From the sequence record NC_000929.1: DNA of 36,717 nucleotides. The stretch is one strand, 5' to 3'. The notes beneath the pieces were generated by a model. That model saw only the letters and a program-made list of their open reading frames with translations, did not search any database and was not told the DNA's origin. Source of the stretch: Escherichia phage Mu. Numbering within the stretch: position 1 is the first letter of the stretch; each line of letters begins with the position of its first letter. The translations under genes and the position numbers were made by a program. Positions 28,828 to 36,717 of the stretch are shown piece after piece.

Positions 28828-29408
28828 ATGATTCCGCCTTGAACCGCCTGCTGACGCCGCTGATGCGTCGTGTGCGCCTGATGCTTGCGCGCGCTGTTGT
28901 TAACGTGATTAACGACGGGCGAAAGGTTCAGAACCTGCAGGTCGGTCTGCTGGATGATGAGGAATCCGATGAAGTGGAGCGCCTGCAAAATTACGGGCAT
29001 TTCAGCGTTCCCCTGCCGGGCGCAGAGGCGCTGATTGCCTGTGTAGGCGCACAACGTGATCAGGGGATTGCTGTTGTGGTGGAAGACCGCCGCTACCGCC
29101 CGACAAATCTTGAACCGGGTGATGCAGGCATTTACCACCACGAGGGGCATCGTATCAGGCTGACAAAGGACGGACGCTGCATCATTACCTGTAAAACGGT
29201 TGAGGTTTACGCTGATGAAAGTATGACCGTTGACACACCCAGAACCACGTTTACCGGCGACGTTGAGATCCAGAAAGGTCTGGGCGTTAAAGGTAAAAGC
29301 CAGTTCGACAGCAATATTACTGCCCCGGATGCCATCATCAATGGCAAATCGACGGATAAGCATATCCACCGTGGCGACAGCGGCGGAACCACAGGGCCGA
29401 TGCAATGA
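28815..29408 (+). CDS. V: Baseplate central spike protein V (197 aa; alternative ATG start at 28863)
   Basis: GTG start at 28815 overlapping the Q 3' end; the first in-frame ATG is at 28863. Confidence 0.75.
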   Translation: MERVNDSALNRLLTPLMRRVRLMLARAVVNVINDGRKVQNLQVGLLDDEESDEVERLQNYGHFSVPLPGAEALIACVGAQRDQGIAVVVEDRRYRPTNLEPGDAGIYHHEGHRIRLTKDGRCIITCKTVEVYADESMTVDTPRTTFTGDVEIQKGLGVKGKSQFDSNITAPDAIINGKSTDKHIHRGDSGGTTGPMQ

Positions 29409-29842
29409 CCGATTTAGCCATTATCTGGACGAACGGACGCGGCGATATTGCGCAGGATGGTATTGATATGCTGACCGACGACAGCCTGACAACCGATGTG
29501 ACAATCTCTCTGTTTACCGACCGGCGCGCGCTGGATTCTGACACGCTGCCGGATGGTTCAGATGATCGCCGTGGATGGTGGGGTGACAGTTACCGCGACC
29601 GCCCCATCGGTTCGCGGTTGTGGCTGTTATCACGTGAAAAAGCCACGCCGGATACGCTGGAACGCGCCAGAGGGTATGCCGAAGAGGCGCTGGAATGGCT
29701 GAAAACAGCGGGCCGGGTAAGTGCGATTAACGTCAGAGCGGAACAGTTACATCAGGGCTGGTTATACCTCTACATTGCACTGACATTACCGGATGGTTCC
29801 GTTATTCCTTATGAGTTTAAAGCAGCATTTAACGGGGTTTAA
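29405..29842 (+). CDS. W: Baseplate protein W (145 aa)
   Basis: ATGA overlap with V; small baseplate protein in the expected position. Confidence 0.78.
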   Translation: MTDLAIIWTNGRGDIAQDGIDMLTDDSLTTDVTISLFTDRRALDSDTLPDGSDDRRGWWGDSYRDRPIGSRLWLLSREKATPDTLERARGYAEEALEWLKTAGRVSAINVRAEQLHQGWLYLYIALTLPDGSVIPYEFKAAFNGV

Positions 29843-30925
29843 ATGGCTTATTCACCACCGACATTATCATCGCTGATTGCCCGTACAGAACAGAATATTG
29901 AACAGCGCCTGCCGGGTAGCTGGCCTCAGGCCCGTGAAAAAACGCTGAGTGCCATTGCTTATGCTCAGGCGGGCCTTGCTGCCGGTTGTCACGAGCATAT
30001 TTCATGGGTTGGACGGCAGATTATCCCGTCGACAGCAGATGAAGATGAGTTGCTGGAGCACTGCCGGTTCTGGGGCGTGCGCCGCAAACAGGCGACAGCC
30101 GCCAGCGGCCCGCTGACTGTCACCACATCGGCAGCGACCACCATTCCTGCCGGTACACGCTGGCAGCGTGCTGATGGTGTGGTTTACAGCCTGGCTGATA
30201 CCATTGTGATTGACCGTGCAGGAACGACGGAAATTACCGTTACCGCACTGGCTGCCGGTGAAGCAGGAAATACCGGTGAGAATACCCTTTTAACGTTGAT
30301 CACCCCGGTTGCCTGTGTTGTTTCCGATGCCATCACTGTAAAAGGGTTTTCCGGTGGAGCTGATATTGAGAGTGCAGCGGAGCTGCTGTCACGGCTGGAA
30401 TATCGTGTCCAGTATCCTCCGTTCGGCGGTAATCAGTTTGATTACGTTCGCTGGGCACGTGAAGTCAGCGGTGTTACCCGTGCCTGGTGTTTTCCGACAT
30501 GGAAAGGCGGTGGCACAGTCGGGGTGACGTTTGTTATGGATAACCGGAGCAATATTTTTCCGCAACCGGCAGACGTGGAACGCGTGGCGGATTATATCGC
30601 CGGTCATACTGACCCGATCACTGGTCTGATTGTCGGACAGCCTGACGGTGTAAATGTCACGGTATTTGCGCCAAAGGCAAAGCCGGTAAATCCACGGATT
30701 TATATATCACCGAAGACAGCCGAACTGAAACAGGCTATTACCAACGCCATTAATACCATGTTTTTTAATGAGGTGATGCCGGGCGGCGCACTTGCCCCCT
30801 CCCGTATTATCCGTGCGGTGGCAGGTGTTACCGGTCTGGATGATTTTGAAGTGCGTTTCCCGACAGAGATCCAGCGTTCGGAGAATACGGAACTCTTAAC
30901 AGCGGGGACAATTGAATGGCTGTAA
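29843..30925 (+). CDS. R: Baseplate wedge protein R (360 aa)
   Basis: ATG directly after the W stop codon; position in the baseplate block. Confidence 0.78.
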   Translation: MAYSPPTLSSLIARTEQNIEQRLPGSWPQAREKTLSAIAYAQAGLAAGCHEHISWVGRQIIPSTADEDELLEHCRFWGVRRKQATAASGPLTVTTSAATTIPAGTRWQRADGVVYSLADTIVIDRAGTTEITVTALAAGEAGNTGENTLLTLITPVACVVSDAITVKGFSGGADIESAAELLSRLEYRVQYPPFGGNQFDYVRWAREVSGVTRAWCFPTWKGGGTVGVTFVMDNRSNIFPQPADVERVADYIAGHTDPITGLIVGQPDGVNVTVFAPKAKPVNPRIYISPKTAELKQAITNAINTMFFNEVMPGGALAPSRIIRAVAGVTGLDDFEVRFPTEIQRSENTELLTAGTIEWL

Positions 30926-31458
30926 CACCCTGGCAGACGGCCTTTCTGCAATTACTGCCGTCAGGGCTTGCCTGGAATAAAAGCCCCGACAGCAAATTAT
31001 CTGCGCTGGCGCAGGCCATCAGCGACGTGATTGCCACTGCGGCGGATGATGCGCGGCAAATGCTGCGGGAGCGTTTCCCGTCCACATCCCGCTGGTATCT
31101 GGGGGAGTGGGAATCATTTCTGGGGTTGCCGGACTGTACCAGCGAAAACGGCACCCTGTCCGAACGCCAGCGGGCTGCCGCGAATAAAATGCGTATGACC
31201 GGCAATCTGAGTCGGCGCTTTTATGAATGGCTGGCTGCGCAGTACGGTTTTACCGTCAGGCTGACGGATTCCACAGAAGGCCAGTGGGTTACGCAGGTCA
31301 ATATTTACGGTATTAAAAATTATCGCAACGCAACGGTGCTGGATAATGTTCTGACGCCGTTACGTGTTTATGAATCGGGTGCGCTGGAATGTTTACTGGA
31401 GAAATATAAACCCGCGCATCAGATTTATAAATTTGTTTACCATGACGGAGATAACTAA
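30916..31458 (+). CDS. Baseplate wedge / tail-fibre attachment protein (180 aa)
   Basis: Overlaps R at its 5' end and S at its 3' end (TAATG). Confidence 0.75.
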   Translation: MAVTPWQTAFLQLLPSGLAWNKSPDSKLSALAQAISDVIATAADDARQMLRERFPSTSRWYLGEWESFLGLPDCTSENGTLSERQRAAANKMRMTGNLSRRFYEWLAAQYGFTVRLTDSTEGQWVTQVNIYGIKNYRNATVLDNVLTPLRVYESGALECLLEKYKPAHQIYKFVYHDGDN

Positions 31459-32972
31459 TGTTTTATATTGATAACGACAGCGGCGTAACCGTCATGCCGC
31501 CCGTATCCGCCCAGCGTAGTGCTATCGTTCGCTGGTTTTCAGAAGGTGACGGGAATAATGTTATCACATGGCCCGGCATGGACTGGTTTAATATTGTGCA
31601 GGCGGAGTTATTAAACACGCTGGAAGAAGCCGGTATTCAACCGGATAAAACAAAATTAAACCAGCTTGCACTGTCCATTAAAGCCATTATGAGCAATAAC
31701 GCGCTGCTGATAAAAAATAACCTCAGCGAAATTAAAACTGCCGGGGCATCAGCACAGCGTACAGCACGTGAAAATCTGGATATCTATGATGCCAGCCTGA
31801 ACAAAAAAGGACTCGTTCAGCTAACCAGTGCCACTGACAGCCCCAGTGAAACGCTGGCAGCCACCGCAAAAGCGGTGAAAATTGCAATGGATAATGCCAA
31901 TGCCCGTCTGGCAAAAGACCGGAACGGAGCAGATATTCCCAATAAGCCGCTGTTTATCCAAAACCTCGGTTTACAGGAAACGGTAAACAGGGCTAGGAAC
32001 GCCGTGCAAAAGAATGGCGATACCTTGTCCGGTGGGCTTACTTTTGAAAACGACTCAATCCTTGCCTGGATTCGAAATACTGACTGGGCAAAGATTGGAT
32101 TTAAAAATGATGCCGACAGCGACACTGATTCATACATGTGGTTTGAAACAGGCGACAACGGCAATGAATATTTCAAATGGAGAAGCAAACAAAGCACCAC
32201 AACAAAAGACCTGATGAATCTTAAATGGGATGCTTTGTCTGTTCTTGTCAATGCCATTGTAAATGGCGAAGTCATATCAAAATCAGCAAACGGCCTCCGT
32301 ATTGCTTATGGTAATTACGGATTCTTTATTCGTAATGATGGTTCAAATACATACTTCATGTTGACAAACTCCGGTGACAACATGGGGACTTATAACGGAT
32401 TAAGGCCATTATGGATTAATAACGCTACTGGCGCTGTTTCGATGGGGCGTGGTCTTAATGTTTCAGGGGATACACTTTCAGACCGTTTTGCTATTAACAG
32501 CAGTAATGGTATGTGGATTCAGATGCGCGATAACAACGCTATCTTTGGGAAAAATATAGTTAACACTGATAGCGCTCAGGCGTTGCTTCGCCAGAATCAC
32601 GCCGACCGCAAATTTATGATTGGCGGTCTGGGAAATAAGCAATTTGGCATCTACATGATTAATAACTCAAGGACAGCCAATGGCACCGATGGTCAGGCGT
32701 ACATGGATAATAACGGAAACTGGTTATGCGGTGCTCAGGTCATTCCGGGAAATTACGCCAACTTTGACTCCCGCTACGTGCGTGACGTTCGGCTGGGAAC
32801 TCAGTCACTGACTGGCGGCTTGTCTCGTGATTACAAGGCGCCATCCGGTCATGTTATTACAGGTTTTCATACCAATGGCGACTGGGAAATGCAGGGAGGG
32901 GATGACAAGGTTTATATCCGTCCGGTTCAGAAGAATATCAACGGTACCTGGTATAATGTAGCGAGCGCCTGA
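31458..32972 (+). CDS. S: Tail fibre protein S (504 aa): constant part (31458-31953) fused to the variable part inside the G segment
   Basis: The ORF crosses the left inverted repeat at 31954; the peptide [11 protein letters not shown] is encoded by the repeat and is shared with the minus-strand S' ORF. Confidence 0.9.
   Translation: MFYIDNDSGVTVMPPVSAQRSAIVRWFSEGDGNNVITWPGMDWFNIVQAELLNTLEEAGIQPDKTKLNQLALSIKAIMSNNALLIKNNLSEIKTAGASAQRTARENLDIYDASLNKKGLVQLTSATDSPSETLAATAKAVKIAMDNANARLAKDRNGADIPNKPLFIQNLGLQETVNRARNAVQKNGDTLSGGLTFENDSILAWIRNTDWAKIGFKNDADSDTDSYMWFETGDNGNEYFKWRSKQSTTTKDLMNLKWDALSVLVNAIVNGEVISKSANGLRIAYGNYGFFIRNDGSNTYFMLTNSGDNMGTYNGLRPLWINNATGAVSMGRGLNVSGDTLSDRFAINSSNGMWIQMRDNNAIFGKNIVNTDSAQALLRQNHADRKFMIGGLGNKQFGIYMINNSRTANGTDGQAYMDNNGNWLCGAQVIPGNYANFDSRYVRDVRLGTQSLTGGLSRDYKAPSGHVITGFHTNGDWEMQGGDDKVYIRPVQKNINGTWYNVASA
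31954..31987 (+). repeat. Left 34-bp inverted repeat of the G segment (Gin recombination site)
   Basis: ttatccaaaacctcggtttacaggaaacggtaaa; its exact reverse complement is at 35004-35037. Confidence 0.9.
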
Positions 32973-32974
32973 TT

Positions 32975-33502
32975 ATGATGCATCTGAAAAACATTAAGTC
33001 AGAAAATCCAAAAACTAAAGAGCAATATCAGCTAACAAAGAATTTTGATGTTATCTGGTTATGGTCCGAAGACGGGAAAAACTGGTATGAAGAAGTAAAT
33101 AACTTTCAGGACGACACCATAAAGATTGTATACGACGAAAATAATATTATTGTTGCCATAACCAAAGATGCCTCAACGCTTAATCCCGAAGGCTTTAGCG
33201 TCGTTGAGATTCCAGATATAACAGCCAACCGCCGCGCTGATGATTCAGGAAAGTGGATGTTTAAGGATGGAGCTGTAGTTAAACGGATTTATACGGCAGA
33301 CGAACAGCAACAACAAGCCGAATCACAAAAGGCCGCATTGCTTTCCGAAGCTGAATCAGTCATCCAGCCGCTGGAACGCGCTGTCAGGCTGAATATGGCG
33401 ACGGATGAGGAACGCGCACGACTGGAGTCATGGGAACGCTACAGTGTTCTGGTCAGCCGTGTGGATACGGCAAATCCCGAATGGCCACAAAAGCCTGAAT
33501 AA
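32975..33502 (+). CDS. U: Tail fibre assembly protein U (175 aa)
   Basis: Starts [22 protein letters not shown]; clear paralog of the minus-strand U' ORF ([22 protein letters not shown]). Confidence 0.88.
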   Translation: MMHLKNIKSENPKTKEQYQLTKNFDVIWLWSEDGKNWYEEVNNFQDDTIKIVYDENNIIVAITKDASTLNPEGFSVVEIPDITANRRADDSGKWMFKDGAVVKRIYTADEQQQQAESQKAALLSEAESVIQPLERAVRLNMATDEERARLESWERYSVLVSRVDTANPEWPQKPE

Positions 33503-33507
33503 AAATT

Positions 33508-33527
33508 AAGGCCCGATAGCGGGCCTT
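33508..33527. terminator. Bidirectional hairpin terminator between convergent U and U'
   Basis: Stem AAGGCCCG / CGGGCCTT with loop ATAG, lying between the two convergent stop codons. Confidence 0.7.
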
Positions 33528-33530
33528 CTC

Positions 33531-34064
33531 TCATTCTGGTTGTTCTGGAAACGTTACTGGCAGGCTGGAGGTGTCTGTGGATTCGACCTTCTGCGCGTAG
33601 AGCATCCACTCTGTTAATTTTTGTTTATTCTCGTCGGAAATGATGCCCAGCCGTAGCTGTGAGTCCCATAGCTGTGTTTTATCCCTGACGAGCTGTAGCA
33701 GGCTTTGCTTTTCATTTTCCGCTTGTTGCCTCTGCTCTTCCTCGGTATAAGTTCGCTTTATCACTACACCATCTTTGAACATCCATTTACCCGAAATATC
33801 AGCCCGGCGATTTGCTGTAATATCAGGAACCTCAACGACGTTTGCGCCTTCTGGATTAATTGCTGAAACATCCTTTTCAATACAAATAATAACGCCGTTG
33901 TGGTCATAGACCATTTTCAACGTATCAGGCTGAAAGTTCTTTTGTTCCTCATACCAGTTTTTCCCATCCTCTGTATAAAGCCATTTGATGTTAAATTGTT
34001 TCGTTAGCTGGTATTGCTCTTTTGTTTTAGGGTTGCCAGCAGTAATATTTTTTAAGTGCATCAT
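33531..34064 (-). CDS. U': Alternative tail fibre assembly protein U' (177 aa)
   Basis: Paralog of U on the opposite strand inside the G segment. Confidence 0.88.
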   Translation of the reverse strand: MMHLKNITAGNPKTKEQYQLTKQFNIKWLYTEDGKNWYEEQKNFQPDTLKMVYDHNGVIICIEKDVSAINPEGANVVEVPDITANRRADISGKWMFKDGVVIKRTYTEEEQRQQAENEKQSLLQLVRDKTQLWDSQLRLGIISDENKQKLTEWMLYAQKVESTDTSSLPVTFPEQPE

Positions 34065-34066
34065 AA

Positions 34067-35037
34067 TTAAATACTCCCCGCGTTATACCACGTTCCATTA
34101 ATGCAATACTGAATTGGCCTTGCCTGAGTTGTATCAATTAATTCATCACGGTTTCCGTTAACTGAACCCGTAACGACATAACCTGACCTGTCAGACCAGC
34201 CGGGACCATTCCATGTCTGAACAGATGACAGACCGCCAAGACGAATACCTGTAATAAACCTTGAGTTACATTCTGCCTGCGTATATGCACCAACATCTCC
34301 CGCTGATGGCTTACGTGTTGTGGTGTAAATTTCTGACCAGTCAGCTTCGAATCCGTAACCATCACGCGCTGAACGATAAAAAATACCGCCGTTCCTGTAA
34401 TTCACACGGAACTGTACGGCAGGGCAACTCCCCGTATTCATATTGAAGTGGAGGATTAATGTCGATGCGCCACCAATATTTGCGTTATAGACCCCGCTAT
34501 TCCAGTTCCAGCCAACAGCTTTATCATTTCCGACAGTGCTTCCTGTTTGTCCTAAAGCAAATGCAGGCTGCTGGTTTTTCGTGTTGTAGTCTCGTCGCCA
34601 GCCAGGAGCATAAGCATCACCATGATTAATATAAGTGAATTGAGCGTTAGTGATTCCGCCGCCGCTGGACGTACTCGGCGTAGTAACGCGTATGGTCATT
34701 GCGCCGCGAGTGCCAATAACTTCCACCACAGCACCTGCAAGACAAATATTTCCGCAACCTGTATCTGTAATGACCTTATTGTTTGCATAAGCCCATGAGC
34801 CTTTGCACATCCAGTAAGGATGGTTAAATGCCCCCTGACTCTCCAGCCACGAAATAAATTGTGCGGTTGTCCAGACCTGACTATCGCCACCAATATTCAG
34901 CCATGCGCTATATGCGCGACAGGCCCCAATATTTTTGGTGAAGGTATCTTTTCCTGGAATATCTGCGCCGTTCTGGTTTTGCTGTAATGCGCCAGAAGCC
35001 TGATTTACCGTTTCCTGTAAACCGAGGTTTTGGATAA
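34067..35037 (-). CDS. S': Alternative tail-fibre variable part S' (promoterless here; fuses to the constant part of S after inversion)
   Basis: The minus-strand ORF shares the repeat-encoded [12 protein letters not shown] with S and then diverges. The ORF-track 5' extension beyond 35037 runs outside the G segment and is not expected to be translated. Confidence 0.8.
35004..35037 (+). repeat. Right 34-bp inverted repeat of the G segment (Gin recombination site)
   Basis: tttaccgtttcctgtaaaccgaggttttggataa, the reverse complement of 31954-31987. Confidence 0.9.
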
Positions 35038-35091
35038 TGGTCGATTTTGGCACGCATGGCATGATTGGCGCTTTTAAACAGGAGATCCAGA

Positions 35092-35673
35092 GTGCTGATT
35101 GGCTATGTAAGGGTATCAACAAATGACCAGAATACAGACCTGCAACGAAACGCTCTTGTTTGTGCAGGATGTGAACAAATATTTGAAGATAAATTAAGCG
35201 GAACAAGGACAGACCGACCGGGATTAAAACGCGCTTTAAAGCGCCTTCAAAAAGGTGACACACTGGTTGTCTGGAAACTGGATCGCCTCGGGCGAAGCAT
35301 GAAACATTTGATTTCTCTCGTAGGGGAATTACGAGAGCGAGGGATTAATTTTCGCAGTCTTACTGACAGTATTGATACGTCATCTCCAATGGGGCGTTTT
35401 TTCTTCCACGTTATGGGTGCCCTGGCTGAAATGGAACGAGAACTAATTATCGAGCGAACGATGGCTGGACTTGCTGCCGCCAGAAATAAAGGCCGTATTG
35501 GTGGGCGACCACCTAAACTAACCAAAGCGGAATGGGAGCAGGCCGGGCGTTTATTAGCACAAGGAATCCCCCGCAAGCAGGTTGCATTGATCTACGATGT
35601 GGCCCTGTCAACTCTGTATAAAAAACACCCCGCGAAACGAGCGCATATAGAAAACGACGATCGAATCAATTAA
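35092..35673 (+). CDS. gin: Gin, serine-recombinase DNA invertase (193 aa)
   Basis: GTG start at 35092 gives MLIGYVRVSTNDQNTDLQ with the catalytic-serine motif of resolvase/invertase enzymes and a C-terminal HTH; GGAG upstream. The ORF-track start at 35065 is a TTG. Confidence 0.92.
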   Translation: MLIGYVRVSTNDQNTDLQRNALVCAGCEQIFEDKLSGTRTDRPGLKRALKRLQKGDTLVVWKLDRLGRSMKHLISLVGELRERGINFRSLTDSIDTSSPMGRFFFHVMGALAEMERELIIERTMAGLAAARNKGRIGGRPPKLTKAEWEQAGRLLAQGIPRKQVALIYDVALSTLYKKHPAKRAHIENDDRIN

Positions 35674-35767
35674 ATCGATCGGTAATACAGATCGATTATG
35701 CCCCAATAACCACACTCAACCCATGATGTTTTTTAAGATAGTGGCGAATTGATGCAAAGGAGGTGAG
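35659..35767 (+). promoter_or_regulatory. mom operon control region: three GATC (Dam) sites and the C-dependent promoter Pmom
   Basis: GATC at 35659-35662, 35677-35680 and 35690-35693, followed by TTATGCCCCAATAACCACACTCAACCC and the com RBS AAAGGAGGTGAG. The regulatory roles are from established Mu biology. Confidence 0.7.
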
Positions 35768-35956
35768 ATGAAATCAATTCGCTGTAAAAACTGCAACAAA
35801 CTGTTATTTAAGGCGGATTCCTTTGATCACATTGAAATCAGGTGTCCGCGTTGCAAACGTCACATCATAATGCTGAATGCCTGCGAGCATCCCACGGAGA
35901 AACATTGTGGGAAAAGAGAAAAAATCACGCATTCTGACGAAACCGTGCGTTATTGA
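35768..35956 (+). CDS. com: Com, zinc-finger translational activator of mom (62 aa)
   Basis: [33 protein letters not shown] with two CxxC pairs; overlaps the 5' end of mom. Confidence 0.9.
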   Translation: MKSIRCKNCNKLLFKADSFDHIEIRCPRCKRHIIMLNACEHPTEKHCGKREKITHSDETVRY

Positions 35957-36602
35957 GTATGAAGGCCAGATTGTTGGCTATGGTTCAAAGGAGCTGCGCG
36001 TTGAAACCATATCCTGCTGGCTGGCCCGCACAATTATTCAGACAAAGCACTATTCCCGCCGTTTTGTGAATAACTCTTACCTTCACCTGGGGGTATTCAG
36101 CGGACGCGATCTGGTTGGCGTTCTCCAGTGGGGATATGCCCTTAACCCCAACTCAGGTCGTCGTGTCGTGCTTGAAACGGATAACCGGGGCTATATGGAG
36201 TTGAACCGCATGTGGCTACACGACGACATGCCCCGCAACTCTGAATCACGGGCCATCAGCTACGCGCTGAAAGTTATCAGATTACTGTATCCGTCAGTGG
36301 AGTGGGTTCAGTCCTTTGCAGATGAACGCTGCGGACGCGCAGGCGTTGTGTATCAGGCGTCGAATTTTGATTTTATTGGCAGTCATGAAAGTACGTTCTA
36401 CGAGCTGGATGGTGAGTGGTATCACGAGATAACGATGAACGCGATTAAGCGAGGTGGACAACGAGGCGTGTATTTACGGGCTAATAAAGAGCGTGCCGTG
36501 GTACACAAATTTAATCAGTATCGCTACATCAGATTCCTGAACAAACGAGCAAGGAAGCGGCTAAATACCAAACTATTCAAGGTTCAGCCATACCCTAAGT
36601 GA
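35877..36602 (+). CDS. mom: Mom, DNA adenine modification enzyme conferring anti-restriction (alternative GTG start at 35907)
   Basis: 241-aa ORF from the ATG at 35877, overlapping the 3' end of com by 80 nt; last gene before the right end. Which start is used is uncertain. Confidence 0.85.
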   Translation: MPASIPRRNIVGKEKKSRILTKPCVIEYEGQIVGYGSKELRVETISCWLARTIIQTKHYSRRFVNNSYLHLGVFSGRDLVGVLQWGYALNPNSGRRVVLETDNRGYMELNRMWLHDDMPRNSESRAISYALKVIRLLYPSVEWVQSFADERCGRAGVVYQASNFDFIGSHESTFYELDGEWYHEITMNAIKRGGQRGVYLRANKERAVVHKFNQYRYIRFLNKRARKRLNTKLFKVQPYPK

Positions 36603-36640
36603 TCCCCATGTAATGAATAAAAAGCAGTAATTAATACATC

Positions 36641-36717
36641 TGTTTCATTTGAAGCGCGAAAGCTAAAGTTTTCGCATTTATCGTGAAACGCTTTCGCGTT
36701 TTTCGTGCGCCGCTTCA
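36641..36717 (+). repeat. Right-end transposase binding sites R3 (36641-36662), R2 (~36667-36690, inverted), R1 (36695-36717, inverted)
   Basis: tgtttcatttgaagcgcgaaag in direct orientation; the reverse complements cgtttcacgataaatgcgaaaac and tgaagcggcgcacgaaaaacgcg match the end-site motif seen at the left end; the window ends in ...CA. Confidence 0.85.

Larger units (their letters stand above)
31954..35037. mobile_element. Invertible G segment (~3.1 kb) carrying alternative tail-fibre genes; present here in the orientation that expresses S and U
   Basis: Bounded by perfect 34-bp inverted repeats; contains S-variable and U on the plus strand and U' and S'-variable on the minus strand; a serine-recombinase gene (gin) lies immediately outside the right repeat. 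Confidence 0.9.
1..36717 (+). mobile_element. Complete Mu-type transposable phage genome, left end to right end
   Basis: Window begins TGTATTGATTCACTTGAAGTACGAAAA and ends ...CGTGCGCCGCTTCA, which I recall as the Mu termini; canonical Mu gene order throughout; length matches what I recall for Mu. Not verified by search. Confidence 0.9.

Noticed and set aside
35038-35263. 5' extension of the minus-strand S' ORF beyond the right inverted repeat
   Set aside because: This part lies outside the G segment, antisense to the start of gin. S' has no promoter of its own and is expressed only after inversion fuses it to the constant part of S.
1-36717. Search for CRISPR arrays, tRNA or rRNA genes and integrase/att features of a temperate non-transposable phage
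   Set aside because: No direct-repeat/spacer arrays and no tRNA- or rRNA-like sequences were seen by eye. The element ends in transposase binding sites and encodes a DDE transposase rather than a tyrosine integrase.

Overview
This window reads as one complete transposable bacteriophage of the Mu type, running from the left end (5'-TG...) to the right end (...CA-3'); the 36,717-bp length is what I recall for phage Mu itself. The gene order is the canonical one: repressor c (minus strand), ner, transposase A, B, a block of small early ORFs, gam, gemA, mor, a short middle operon ending in the late activator C, then lysis genes, terminase, portal, head, tail and baseplate genes, tail-fibre genes S and U, the invertible G segment carrying S' and U' on the opposite strand, gin, and com/mom. 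All identifications come from reading the translated ORFs and terminal repeats against what I remember of Mu; no database search or computation was run, so identity should be confirmed by alignment to the Mu reference. I see no rRNA, tRNA or CRISPR array. I do not find a new system here: this appears to be the well-described phage Mu. The parts most worth a second look are the poorly characterised small early ORFs (4.3-8.2 kb, including Cys-rich mini-proteins and a possible antisense ORF), a candidate frameshift extension of the tail chaperone, the holin-less lysis cassette and the regulatory DNA. Several ORF-track starts are GTG/TTG codons, and I have moved a number of starts to in-frame ATGs with better ribosome-binding sites; these choices are marked in the evidence.
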